DNA of 64,000 nucleotides from Syncephalis fuscata S228 (Eukaryota > Fungi > Zoopagomycota). Under the pieces are notes generated by a model. It had not been told where the DNA came from and did not search any database. It worked only from the letters and a program-made list of their open reading frames with translations. Below are positions 25,641 to 38,961 of the stretch, one piece after another (within the stretch, counting starts at the first letter, position 1; the number at the start of each line of letters is the position of its first letter). Made by a program: the position numbers and the translations under genes. The stretch spans positions 124,001-188,000 of the forward strand of contig JAHLTZ010000002.1 in assembly GCA_025786725.1 (NCBI GenBank), given 5' to 3'.

Positions 25641-28327
25641 ATGGGCAAAGTAAAACAGCAAAGACGTAGCGCGCGTGCCCGTTTGAACCCCACTCGCATA
25701 TCAGACCCGTCGACACTGCGTCATGGCACAATCCGAGCAGTGAACGAGAAGCCTGAAGGTGTACTACCGGTCATTGATAAAATATCTGCCGTTGACGCTA
25801 GTGAGCGTGCCTGGGCGTGTGCCTGTGTCTCTAATCTTGTAGGACAAGATCACCGCACACGCAAATTACTGTTAAGTCGCGGTCTAGTCGACAAGCTAGT
25901 CGAACGTTTAACTGATTCGAAGTTGGCGGTATCGGTTGAAGCAGTTGGTACATTACGGTAATTATCAAATTAAACATTGTACAGTACAACATAGGCTAAT
26001 ACCAGGTACTTATTACTAGTAATTTAACTGTATTAGGTGGATATAAAGTATGCGCTGACATGTTTAGCAAGAATATATTAACGGCAATGCAACGCCTTGT
26101 TCAATTGGTAAAGCTACTTTTACAACCAATGTCACAGTATAGCTTAACGTCAATAATATAATATGAATAGACACTGGTAACGGCGAACGAAGTATTAGAG
26201 GATATCAAACCAGCAGACGCTGATGCTGTAGCACGGCATCGTGCAGTTTGGTCGTTGGCCGAAAATCTAATTTGTATTTATTGGAGTTTAGCGTAAGTAA
26301 TCTAGCATGCTGAGTGCGATTAATATACTAATGGCGTATAATGATAGCGAAACATCGCCTCGAATCCTTAAAAGTGTTACCAAACCTGAAATATTATCAT
26401 TTGTTCTACGGTTCCTAGAATTAAATACCAAGGTTCCAGCATCGTTATCCATTATTGCAGGTAGATAGATTAATGATTATAATTGATAAATAGTAACATA
26501 TACTATCTAGCCCAGTGTCTACACACCATTACAGAAGAAAATAGAGATGCATTGGCCTATTTTCGCTCTGCGCCCGATATTGGCCAACGACTATTAAATG
26601 CGCTTCCTACAGGCCAAATACCCGAGGATAGAACTGTATTGGGTGTACTCATTGCTGGTATATTGCGTAATATACGCCGAACATTACCAAAGAGGCCCGA
26701 TATAGATACAACAGCCTCATTGAATCACTCAATTGCCCCTATTCTTTTATCATTTTTAGATTGGGATGTTCAAGGTGCAGCTCTTCATATGGCTCAACTG
26801 GCACCCGAAGTGTTAGTAAGTAGTCTACAACATATCAATAGACTGTAGCTAATATTGTATTAGAAAAAACATCAAGAACAAAATGGACTACACGATCGTA
26901 CAGTAGCATCGGCTAACGAGGTAAATATTATAGTAACATTGAATATACAGTATATAGACCTAATAATGGCAATAGACGCAATTAAATGCCATGGAAGATA
27001 GACTGGCTGCTATGCAACTATGTTTGGAAATACTTGCCAATATGGCATCAGAAGATACTATAGATGGTAATAATATAGCTTATGTATGGTTTATTAATAC
27101 AGTAATTAATCATAATAATGATGATTTAGATGAACCAGAAGAAGAGAAAGAAGATGAATGGGAGGATTTAGACGAAGAAGAAGATGAATTACAAGCAGAG
27201 ATTGAAGAAGTTACCAATGGACACGCTAATGGCAATGTAGAAGAAGAAGAAGAAGACGGTGAAGAAGATATGGCCATGATCGATGCAGCTACAGGACAGC
27301 ATGTTCATGCACTAGAAGAGGCAGAGACACGTGTTGGCATTATGCTTAATCGTGACTCTGGTCGATTCTTTGCACAAAGTCTATTGCCATTACTGGTGCG
27401 ACTAGCCGAACCATGTTTAGTTGCAGGTCAAGTATCTGCAATTGCATTTACATATACACGACGTGAAGCACCAGCTATTGCCGAATTGGCCATACTACAT
27501 GCACGTGCCTTGGCCTGTCTTAACAACTATTTAGTGTTGGCAGCTGAACGATCCACTCGTGGGTGGTTTAATGACCAGCTGGCCGATGCCCAACAGTTAT
27601 GGCACTGGCTATTAGACAATGTGGCAGCCCGTGCTCAAATACCAACTACATCAACCGCCACTAATACAAACGAAGAAAGTGATAATAATGAACAAAGTAA
27701 TATACGCGAGGAAGTATTAGAAAGTGCATTGGACTGTTTATGGTCAGTGGCCCGTGGTCTAGGCACCCACAATATAGTAAGTACCATTAAAACATACTAC
27801 AAAGCAACAACATTCAACTTACATGTAATGATGATAGCCGGCTACAGAAACACAAATACATGCACTTATCAATGTGGCACAGGGCCAAACCAGTGCCTCT
27901 GACCATTTAAGAGCAACTTGTATTGGTACACTAGGTGTTATAGCTCAACGACGACCAGGCTATGTTGAAATGAATGGGGTAGGCAGTAATCATTTATATA
28001 AACGACTAAACTTACACAATTCGCTAGATAATTGGCCATTTATTAATGACACAACTTACTAATCTGCCTCAGACCCCGTCTGAAACGGCAATAGAAGCAT
28101 TGAATGCACTTTATGATATTTATGACGATGCAGCACACGACTACGATGCACCCGTATTTGTCAAGGGCGGGTATTTAGAGGCACTACGCAATATAGTGCC
28201 AGCTGTACGCCAATTAACAAAGCGTATTGATCGACGACAACAACCGGCACTACGTGAGCGAGCCGAAGAAGCACTAGTCAATCTACGTGCCTTTATTGAC
28301 TATAAAACAGGCGAAACAGCATCCTAG
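25641..28327 (+). CDS. SYO1: Symportin 1 / HEATR3 (ARM/HEAT import adaptor for uL5/uL18)
   Basis: N-terminal MGKVKQQRRSARARLNP, ERAWACACVSNL, VEAVGTLRNL, an acidic loop, and C-terminal EALNALYDIYDD..LRERAEEALVNLRAFIDYK. Confidence 0.88.
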
Positions 28328-28548
28328 ACCTTTATCCGACCATCTTGATAAGATCGGGTCGGTTATGCAAAACCGCTTGGCCAATCAATCAAGACCAATA
28401 AATGATCCAATAAATAGCGCTCTTTTTTGATATAAAACATGTTGACCTCAGCGAGAGTGGACACGTCATTATCGCACTTTTCTCTTCTTGCGTCTCTACT
28501 TGACACATTTGATTGTTCGTTTCTTCTATTAGCGTCGATTATAACAGT

Positions 28549-29607
28549 ATGGCTAAAGTTGCAGTATTGGGTGCCGCTGGTGGTATTGGTCAGCCATTGT
28601 CGCTGCTAATGAAGCAATCTCCACACGTCTCTCACCTTGCACTCTACGATATTGTCAACGTTCCGGGTGTTGCCGCCGACCTGTCGCACATCGATACGGC
28701 CTCGCAAGTAACTGCTCATGTCGGTCCGCAGCAGCTTGAGGATGCGCTTAAAGGTGCCCAAGTTGTGATTATCCCCGCGGGTATTCCACGTAAACCAAAT
28801 ATGACCCGTGACGATTTATTCAAGGTGAATGCCGGCATTGTACGTGATCTAGCGGTCGCCGCTGCCACGCATTGTCCCAAGGCATTCATGTGCATTATTT
28901 CCAATCCAGTCAACTCAACGGTACCTATTGTGGCCGAAGTATTTAAGAAACACGGTGTCTATGATCCAAAACGACTATTTGGCGTTACTACGCTAGATGT
29001 TGTACGTGCCAATACCTTTTTGGCTGCAGCCACCGGCACTACACCTACCAATGCCAGTCGTATCCCTGTTGTCGGTGGCCATGCCGGCAAGACGATTATT
29101 CCACTATTCTCACGCGCCCCTTCTGCTCTACGCTCCCAACTGCCTCATGCAGAGCTGGAAGCATTGACGCACCGCGTGCAATTTGGTGGCGATGAGGTCG
29201 TCAAGGCTAAAGATGGTTTGGGCAGTGCTACACTATCGATGGCATTTGCCGGTGCTCGTTTTGCTAACTCTTTGCTACGTGCCTCGGTTGAGGGAACTAG
29301 CGGCATTGTCGAGCCATCCTACGTACCACTCGAGGCCGATCCACTAAATGGCGAGGCTGTCAAGCGGGAATGTGGCAATCTAGACTTCTTTGCCACTGAA
29401 ATTGAATTGGGCGTAAGTATTGAATAGCATGTAGCCTATATAAACAAAGTACTGATCATTTATTGCAATTAGGCTGAAGGTACACGCCGCATTCAACAGC
29501 TAGGTGAATTGTCTCCATTTGAAGAGACACTAGTTCGCAATGCTGAGAATGAACTACGCGAGAGCATTAATAAGGGCATCGAGTTTGTTGCCGCATCAAA
29601 GTTGTAA
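28549..29607 (+). CDS. MDH: NAD-dependent malate dehydrogenase, peroxisomal (C-terminal SKL)
   Basis: [55 protein letters not shown]. Intron 29413..29472. Ends EFVAASKL*. Confidence 0.96.
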
Positions 29608-29863
29608 AGACTGCGATGGTTTATTGTCTATTTCCATAAGATGATTACGGTCATTTATCAATAAGAACTTTTGTTCTATAATAAATAGTATTGTTTGAGC
29701 GATTTATTTAAAGTAATATTGCTTATTAGCATAGCAAATAGTATTGATACTTGATCAATATTGATTGCTTATAGCCAATTATCAATACAATTTGTTAAAT
29801 AGTTGATAATGGGTATTAAGCAATGCATTAACATGAATTATAGACATTTAAACAGCTATTCAG

Positions 29864-30308
29864 TCACTCTAACGAGGGAATAGCTTCTGCGGTTACTTCA
29901 CCCGTACCAAGACTAACTACGCGTTCCATTGAGCCATCAGCTCGACGACGCCAACCGCCTAGAGCAGCCGAACTATTCCGAGTGTGGGCCAATGGTGCAG
30001 GACGTGCCTCTTCCGATCGCACTACCGAACCTACAGCCATTAAAAGACCGAAGAAGCCGGCAGAGGAGGCCATGGAACGACCTAGCGTGCCAAGGTAGCC
30101 ATGCTGGCCTGGACCGAAACTATACGATAGCAAGGTAAGTATGACGTGTTTAACAACAAAGTAGCTTTGCAGGCGGTCAAAACATCGCGTCTGCTTACCG
30201 GACAACGTTCACGGTACCGAATACCAGACCAATGCAAAGCCCGACGGTTCCGCCCATCATCGCTCCCATTTTAAGTTTGTCAAAAACTGTTGGTTCCCGG
30301 ACAGGCAT
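29864..30308 (-). CDS. MGR2: Mgr2/ROMO1 TIM23 gatekeeper subunit
   Basis: FDKLKMGAMMGGTVGLCIGLVFG..LGRSMASSAGFFGLLMAVGSVVR. Intron 30198..30120. Confidence 0.92.
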
Positions 30309-31479
30309 CGTAGCGGTTGGTTGGCTAGGTGGATACTTGATAGTTGTGCGTGTCACTTCAAGCAAACAAGAATAGAAAAAGTAAGAGATAAAGCTAAAAA
30401 TAAAGCGCTTCTAGTTTTTCCAGTTTTCTTTTCCAATTCGTAGTTGGGGAAATGCTGATGATTACAAGTGACACGTGTGTCTCATTTGATAAAATAATCA
30501 ATCGCTATAGTTGACTCTGGAAATTGTAGCTTAAATAGCCAAGCAATAGCTTGCTTTATAATGTAGGCTTTGGCATTTACTAATATGCTTTATTAATATT
30601 AAACATTAAACAACTTAGTAGATGTTTGGTATGATTTAGTGGACAAGTGATTGCATTTAACTATATTTGCACTATTGAACATGGAACTTATTACTATAGA
30701 TGTTCATTACTTGAATCTAAACACCATTAACGCTATAGCTAGCTGGTTTTAACCAATCTAGTTGTTGCTAGCTATAACAAAACAACCTAGCACATATTTC
30801 GATAAACTACTATTACATGCACTTATTCGTTCTATCGATGCATATAAATTAATGAGTAAACCAAGACAGGATTTATAAACGGGCAAATTAGAGTTAACCA
30901 AACAGCAACTATGAGTAGGTTATATTAAAACAAACATGCTGAGCGAAAGCATAATACTCAATAAGACATTTTTATTTTAAACTATTATTTCCTATTATTT
31001 ATTTGTCTTAGTCAGAAATAATGAATCTTGAATATGTTAGAAGTAGCCTTAAGATCAGCTATTCTTGTGGATAGAATGTAGCGTATAAATCTAGATTTAA
31101 GGCTGAATATTTTAGCAAAAAATAAACATATTTAAATAGTGAAGTATTAGATTCAGAAAAATTGGCAGCTTGCACGTTAGCATAAATGGCTAGTGGTGTC
31201 GTATTAATTATTTAGTACTAATGTAATGTTGGTAAGCACCAGGCTATCTTATGTGCACAGGTTATATAAATATCACATTATAATTATTTGCCATATTCAC
31301 CGTTCATTGACCGTAGATATTTGTAACATCAATATAATAGAAAGTTGATTAACATATAATATCAAATAATAAATAAACGGCTTTCCAAATGACAAATATA
31401 GTTTATTCTACTTATATAGAATAAACAGGCAGCGTGTGGCGCCATCGCGTCACACGGTCCGTATATATCGCCACAGCAG

Positions 31480-32369
31480 CATTGGGTATAACATCAGGTA
31501 TACGATTGGTAAGATCAGGCTCTTCATCAAATCTAGTTAATGCCTTGCGTGCACAGACACCAACACCCAAAACAAGACTATAAAAAAATTTCCAGCCATA
31601 ATAAAACCAAGAAAATAGGACAGATCAGATGCGAATATTAAGCTGCAATGTACTGCTAATCCAAATAGTCGTCTACGTTTAAAGCTCAGTCCTGGAATGC
31701 CACCATTTTTGATTTCCACAAACAGCCAAACAAACAGGCCAGCTGAAAAAAAGCTGAATGAGAAGGTTAAGCCATAGCCAAAACGTATTAGAATAATTGC
31801 TGTTTTATCAGACGACAAAGTAGTAAAATTGATGTGAAAGATCCAGCCGCCAAATACCAATGCACAGCCAATGATATAGATAACTATTCCACCAATGCCA
31901 AACCAATGCACCAATTGGGCTCGTTGTTTAATCGCCTTCACCATGGATTGACTCCTGTTATACAAAATCGGTTAAATAAATGTTATTAGACCATTGATAT
32001 GGTGTTTCAAGCGGATGTGTGATATTTATGTAGTGCAAATATAACTTACCATACTATAGTCAAGTGCGTAACAGTAATCTTAATTATTAATCCTAAAAAA
32101 AGTAGCACCGGTGACGCACAAAATGTGGTTATAGTCTTGAAATCATATGAGCTATAAATGGGAAATCCAAGGTTAATTATGGCAACCAATGCGGCACTGA
32201 TCATTATGGCATGGTATTTAGTTTTTGTCTAAATGTAACGCCAAAAGTGGAGATATGCAAAGACAAAAAACAGAACTGCCGCCATAATGTCACCAAATGG
32301 GCTGGTTTTAGATAAGAGAACCTCCGTTGAAGCCACATAATCAGAATTTGAGCTGGAATTGTTTGACAT
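31480..32369 (-). pseudogene. Multi-pass (about 7-TM) membrane protein with in-frame TAG
   Basis: Exon 1 from 32369 is a hydrophobic ORF interrupted by TAG at 32231-32229, spliced to the 31537-31965 ORF. Apparent frameshift near the C-terminus. 3' boundary approximate. Confidence 0.55.
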
Positions 32370-34329
32370 GATGGTATTGAGCTAGGAACTATAATAGCGG
32401 ATTGCAACAAAAATAAAAGAAAGCAAATAAGTGTTATTTACCAAGAAGCTGGCTTACACTTGGTGGTAGAGGAGGATGTCGAGTTATTAAGGAACAGAGT
32501 ATGAGTAAAGATTGGAATAAGCAGCCCGGCCATTTGTTTGAATGTTATAACAACAAACTACTAACGTGTCTGTTCTAATTTTAAGCCATGAATTCCAAAA
32601 ATAATACTTAAAGAAACTGGGTAGCAAATGGACATATATCCAGTTCAATGGACAGCGCACCAGGGACACGCACATACCACACACTGTATATCTGTATTTC
32701 GTCATTATATTATGTCACAGTATTTTATTATTAGCTTATAATCTATAAATGTGCAGCACACCAAAACGACGCTCCCTAAAGTTCAGGCCCATTCTACCTG
32801 CAATCTATCTACATGTACTCATTAAATGGCAGCATTCGCCGCCATCTGCACCTGTATTGTCGATATTGATTTTTACATACTCTGTTGATATTTGAATACG
32901 ATATTAGTTATTGTGAATTAATATAAAGCAATAAGAACATATTCTACTTATACTAATTAAACTTAATAACGATAAGACAAAGGTTATAGCTTTGAATAGT
33001 ATATAGATATCTTTACAATTTAAGACAAGGGGCTTGTGCAATCCAGAGCAATTTCTTTGAATAGTAACGATCCAAACAGGTTATAGAACGTGGTAATCAC
33101 TTTATGCAGATATTGTTGCAAGATGAAACGTAATGCTAACAACATCAAAATAATTAGCACGTGCCTATCTTCTACGCTTAAAACGTAGTATTTTGTTAAT
33201 TATGTGTATACTGTAACCAACTCACCTTTAGCAGACCTTCAATGCTGAGAGCTCAGGGGAACCGGCAATTATGTATATTTGGAATGACCAATGTGACAAT
33301 CTACCAATCATCCATCGTTACATCAAACGACGCAATAGCCATTAGGACAGCAATTTGCTTCTAGCATGCTTAGGCGTCCAATATGTACTGGTTTTTGTTT
33401 TATTGCTACCATTTATTCTGAATGCCAATTTTAGCAATACCGTGTCTAATAAACAAAATTCATCATACGCCACATACATGCTTTGGATTAACACATGGCT
33501 TTGATCAGTACATGTGTAGTCATAGTCTTGATGAGCCCTTATTGCGCCGTGTAGATATTCAATTGCACCCATCCAACAAATAATCCTATTAATGATAATT
33601 AGAATTTCATTTACAAAACACCGTTATGCTGAGGCGACCCGCTAAGCCGCTTTTGCATAATATTTAGCGGTAAAACGTTTAAGGAAACTTATTTTATCGC
33701 TGCTGAAACATTTTGCAACAATTGTTGCAATGGCATGGCAATTATAATTATTTTGATATTTACCAAATATGGCATCACCTGACAATAACTTTCGGAGTAG
33801 TATGCTGCCAAGTAATTCATTATTAGTACTAAGCGATGCTATCAATACTCTTGTTTACTTCTAGCATGCTGTAGATAGAAATAATTTAGTATAGCATATT
33901 TTGTCAACTGTTAAAATGTGCAATATTTTTATTCACCTATACTATTTTATTGTACTTCCAAACTAATACAAATCATTTTATAATATACCAACTAAATTCT
34001 ATTTTTATATACAGCAATACACTATTCATTTCATCCATTATATCATATACATTGTAACACTAGCACCGCAAATCATGTTTTTATTATTACATATTTATTC
34101 TAATCTATATAACCCCACCGCCTTTCAATTAAACGCTATTAATAAAGTCATTTGTTTACTGCCAGTTGTATTTACTAGCAACATAGACTTGTTTTATTCC
34201 ATTAAATGAAAAGCATGAAGGAGATTTTTAAATATACTATAGAAGCACACAAGTCTATTTTGCATGATATTATTTATGTTTACTAAATATATACCAGATT
34301 CAATAAACTGTAGCAAGATTTACTTGATA

Positions 34330-34888
34330 ATTTAAAGAAATAACACATGTTTGGAATCGAAACTGATGAAGCATACAGCAAAAAAAACAATCGGTGAAGA
34401 GGTAACAGTGCATAAAGTCATCACCGTCATTGTGTTGGCAACTATGCAGATATAACATTATCAGTAGTGGCGGATCGCACTGCTGTACTGGCGCTGATAC
34501 TTGCTTAGTGACTATACTAGTAAGACTTTCTACATTGTTGTTGTTGTATGTGCGCAGCAACTGTACGCGATGATTATGATGGCTATATGCTGGCAAATCC
34601 GTTGTATGTTTTGTTTTGCTATAGATTGCCACCGCAGATCGTACTGGCAACGGCTCATATAGTTTCTGTAGTAGTAGATCGCACTGCCACTGCTGGGATT
34701 GCACTTGCTGTTGCCAGATAACCTGCAATTGCAATCCATAGTAAAACAAAGTATACAACGAGATTTTGGTAGTATACATTCAACATATCATAAAAACAAG
34801 CCAGGGATGCATTTACCGTGTCAATAAAGCTGCCAAACGCAATGATCGGAGTAATGAAGGCAATTGCAAAAGGGCAATGCAAATACAT
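34330..34888 (-). CDS. Small secreted cysteine-rich protein, frameshifted or degenerate
   Basis: MYLHCPFAIAFITPIIAFGSFIDTVNA signal-like N-terminus. An alternate frame reads VECILPKSRCILCFTMDCNCRLSGNSKCNPSSG. Internal repeat CAGTGCGATC..CTACT. 3' boundary approximate. Confidence 0.4.
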
Positions 34889-35337
34889 AGTGTAGAAGGT
34901 GTTTGTACTTGACTAGTGGTCAGTCAACTACTGACACCATCTATGTAACATATATGGAGTTTACAAGTATATACTATAAATACATGATATCAAGTGTAAA
35001 GAAAGAGAAAGGGAAATGTGATGACGTAGATTGTGAGCTGTGTTATTAGTATGATGAATTAATACTATGTCATTTGGCACCAAAACTATTCATTATCATA
35101 GAACACATTTTCAATATAATGGCGAATTACTAAAAGAATAAAAGTTATTTGGCACCAAAAATAAGTTGATATTTTATAATGTTAAATATTATTTGTTAAT
35201 AATCGTTTATTGATAGCAAAGCAATATAGATAATAATGCAAACAAGCGTACTTTATCCATAAAATTATGTACTATGTTATAGTTATCGCTGGATAAAGCG
35301 TTGAATGGATGCGTCGTAGTAATAATAATGACGTTAT

Positions 35338-35553
35338 TTAGGTCTTAAGAACTTGTTGGCACTTTGAGCATCTTTTCTTGGCTCCAAAGTAGCAGCAGCA
35401 GATGCCCCATGGGAAGAGTATGATGAGCCAGAGGATGCCACAGCATGTATATTCTCTCTCCCAATTGTGTGCTGTGCCATCAATGCAGAACGTGGCATTT
35501 TTACCATTTTTAGCATACTTTGGTAGTGGTTGAGCGTAAGCAGGTTGAGCCAT
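35338..35553 (-). CDS. Small BRI3/DUF2367-like Cys-rich membrane protein (71 aa)
   Basis: FCIDGTAHNWEREYTCCGILWLIILFPWGICCCYFGAKKRCSKC. Confidence 0.8.
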   Translation of the reverse strand: MAQPAYAQPLPKYAKNGKNATFCIDGTAHNWEREYTCCGILWLIILFPWGICCCYFGAKKRCSKCQQVLKT

Positions 35554-36098
35554 TTTTGATGTTGGTTGGTTGTGTGGTTATTGCCGATAATGAATGTAAG
35601 CGTTGAATGAAAATGCACTGATTGAGATACTGAGATACTGTTACAAAAGCGAGTAGTCTATTGCTTAAATACTAGTAGACGATAATAATTAAAACAGTTT
35701 CTTAAACAATAGTAAGCACTAACCATTGTGTCGTTAAACAACCATCAAACAAAATAAGGAGGTAACAATGAACGATGTGAAACACAACAGGCTGTGCGAT
35801 GCAAAAACAACGATATATTAATAGGGATGTGAAACCATAACAGGCTAATAACAATCAAATACAGCACCAGTTTAAAATAAATCACTGACCTATGGCCAGT
35901 TAAACGGCAGCAGCGCACAAACAAAGACTTGCCTTAACAAAACTGGTAAAGCTATTTATATTTATCGATTGTTTGGTTATACATACAATTGATGATTCAT
36001 AGAATAAATGTTTAATAGCTGGATAGACAAAGAATAAAATAAATGTACTGATACACGTGGACATATTCCATCTATAGAAAAGATGGTACTGATGCAAT

Positions 36099-37814
36099 TT
36101 AACGATAGTGACGCTGTGATACATGCTGCTGGCATTTCTTACAACGACGCTCCGATGAAGTAACACAACAGAGAAGACTGCACGGAAAAAATAGAATAGA
36201 GCAACAAATGCCACAAAGTGTAGTGCCACGCGTATAATGATGGCCCTCTCCATCAATACATATATGAGGGTGCTGATTCGACGATACGGCCGTGGCTTGA
36301 CCATTTCTGATCCGGCTTCGTTGCCTGGCCATTCTTACTTCATCTTGTGTTTGCCATAAAAATGGCGACAAATCATTAGGGGCCGCTTGCTTATTAGCGG
36401 CGGAAGTAGTCTGGTTTTCGTTATAGTCGGCTTCACCCATAGATAATGGCGTTGGATGGGCAGAGTCTGTCGGCAGGGGTACACCGCGACGATAAGGCTC
36501 AGAATAGTAGTAGAGGCGACGGGGCAATGAGGGCCGTTCAGTAAGCGGGGGAGGCACAATAAATAATGGAGAGTATCGCTTGCTATTGCCGCTACTACTA
36601 CCACCGCCACTATTAAGCGTTTGTTCATCTGGTAACAAAGGTCGTGGAGTGGAGTGTGTGTCATCAGCGACAGCATGTGATGATAATCCGGTGATATCTA
36701 TGTCAGGTGATGTCGTTTCAGTGCCAATCTCGACAGCTGGACACTGTATACATTCCAGTGCTTGTGGTTTTTTAAGCGTGGTGTTTTCTCGCATAGGTAT
36801 GGCTGAGGCCAGTACAGGACCGGCCATTAAGCTAGGTGACGTGTTTTCTGGTGGCGGTGTAATGATAGTTGGTGTATCATGATATTTGGCCTTTGAGTTC
36901 CATTGCCACCATGAACGTTTAGCTGCACTTGTTTTTGAGTTCTTATGTTTATTTCTTGAAATAGGTGCTGGGGAATTTTGATTTTCATTAAGTGCATCAG
37001 ATACATCTGAAGCCGATGCTATTTCATTTATCTGATTGGAGTGAAATGCCGTGCCGGTTAAGTTTGGACGTGTAGGTAATGCCAACGATCTGTCATGTTG
37101 CTTATGCGATGATTTAAACAATTTGAGTTGCCATAGTCGACGACTTGAATTGCCCTTTGATTTTTGCGTATTTACGTTTAAATTGCTTGGTTCCTCGTCT
37201 AATACTGAATTAAGACGATGTCCGTGTAAAGTTTCTCGTACGGCTATAGTGCTACCACCCGGAATAACGTAATGGTAGCGAGAGCCAGTAAATGAATCAT
37301 CCCACACATTGGAATAAGACAAAGTGCCCATTGCATCACGCATATGCTCCATTAGTATAACACTTTCATGGCGATTGGAGGTAAGCGTATTTTGCTCATC
37401 ACTTATAGCAAGATGGGTTCTAATTGGTTCTTCTACAATGTGATCGTCTACTGCTCCGTTTGAACAATTGCTATGCTCAGAACCAACTGTGCTTTGAGGT
37501 GTTACTGCACGCATTGAATCGCGCGAATCGATGGATATGGCCGGATATGGTTTGCTATTGCTGTTGTTGCTGTTGGGCCAGTAATGCTTGGTAGTGTCTT
37601 CTTGGCTACCGTTAGTAAGTGTTTTTGACCGGCCGTCTATTGTGTGGCCTGCACTTGTAACTGCATCGTCGTGCATTTCGCTATTTTCCACAGATATATC
37701 TTGATCAACATCTTCTTCTCCCTCAACCAACGAGAAATGATCTGCGTTCGGTATAAGGATGCTGTTTGGCATGAGCAAATCTACATGGAATGGCTCAAAC
37801 GCAGATTCAATCAA
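36099..37814 (-). CDS. Disordered protein with C-terminal BRI3/DUF2367-like domain
   Basis: 571-aa ORF ending ICIDGEGHHYTRGTTLCGICCSILFFPCSLLCCVTSSERRCKKC. True start uncertain. Confidence 0.75.
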   Translation of the reverse strand: MIESAFEPFHVDLLMPNSILIPNADHFSLVEGEEDVDQDISVENSEMHDDAVTSAGHTIDGRSKTLTNGSQEDTTKHYWPNSNNSNSKPYPAISIDSRDSMRAVTPQSTVGSEHSNCSNGAVDDHIVEEPIRTHLAISDEQNTLTSNRHESVILMEHMRDAMGTLSYSNVWDDSFTGSRYHYVIPGGSTIAVRETLHGHRLNSVLDEEPSNLNVNTQKSKGNSSRRLWQLKLFKSSHKQHDRSLALPTRPNLTGTAFHSNQINEIASASDVSDALNENQNSPAPISRNKHKNSKTSAAKRSWWQWNSKAKYHDTPTIITPPPENTSPSLMAGPVLASAIPMRENTTLKKPQALECIQCPAVEIGTETTSPDIDITGLSSHAVADDTHSTPRPLLPDEQTLNSGGGSSSGNSKRYSPLFIVPPPLTERPSLPRRLYYYSEPYRRGVPLPTDSAHPTPLSMGEADYNENQTTSAANKQAAPNDLSPFLWQTQDEVRMARQRSRIRNGQATAVSSNQHPHICIDGEGHHYTRGTTLCGICCSILFFPCSLLCCVTSSERRCKKCQQHVSQRHYR

Positions 37815-38485
37815 CTGTGTGCTACCCTGAAACTCCGACCACTATGATTTATAACAAAATACCGCTAGAAATAAGTAAACAGAGCGTTTTTTGGATTGAA
37901 CATGAATAAATGTACATACATATGATCTTAGTGAGAATCAGTTTAGTATCAAAGCAATAATAGTTGATATTAACGGAAATAGATGTTATGATAGTAATAA
38001 ACGATATGTGCGTGCGCGTGTCTCTCTCTCTTACTCTCTGTGCGTGTGTATCAAAAGGTTTAACTGATTTGAAAGAAAAGGCATGCTGCAAATCATGCGC
38101 CTGTCTAGTGCCGTGCACGTGGTCTATACGAAAAGCGACGATAGCACGGTCACCTGATACGCTAAATTGACGTCATAATCAACACGGCTTGCTCTTTGCG
38201 GTAATGCGATGAGCTATTCTTTGTACTATTTACTGTTTCTATACAATGTATTAAAGCAACTGTAATGGCTTTTAGCTCATAATAACTATTGATATCATAT
38301 CTAACGATTGTAAATATATAAATCCATTTAATTAATCTTTTACGCACTTTTATATGTTTACAAGTAATGTTCAATAAATTGTTTAATAATATCAATAATT
38401 CATCTAGACAACTGTCTTATTTATTTACATTGTTATTATTAAATAATTCATTAAGCATTAACGTAAACTTATATTAATTAACTGC

Positions 38486-38552
38486 ATTTAATAACATTCG
38501 CGTAATTGAACTACACGTTTGCTCTATTGAACATGGGATTGGGTGGCGAGTT
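38486..38552. repeat. Short dispersed repeat family 2, copy 1
   Basis: ATTTAATAACATTCGCGTAATTGAACTACACGTTTGCTCTATTGAACATGG..GGCGAGT resembles 55546-55611. Confidence 0.75.
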
Positions 38553-38961
38553 TTATTAACGATAAACCATTACATTTAGCGTGATTTGGTGTTCGATAGC
38601 TATTTTTAATAATACTCATGCATTTAAACTAAATATTAAATCATAATGTTTTAGATACTCGACAGCAACAATAATAATAATAGGAATTAGTATTATTATA
38701 AATATCATTTATTTATTGTTTAATTATACTATAATAATAAGCTAATAAGAGTGGTGTTATTTAACATCAATACCTACTTATTGCTATAAAACATATATTA
38801 AAAAGATAGGCACTATTTAACATCAAGTATTATTATCATGGGGTATATCATTGTTAATGAGTGTATTAAAAAGATCAAATAAATACAAAGAAAGTTAATT
38901 CGCAAAAATAATCAAAATTTATAAATAGCCCGTTTTTTCCCTGCATGATAATAGTTAGGTT

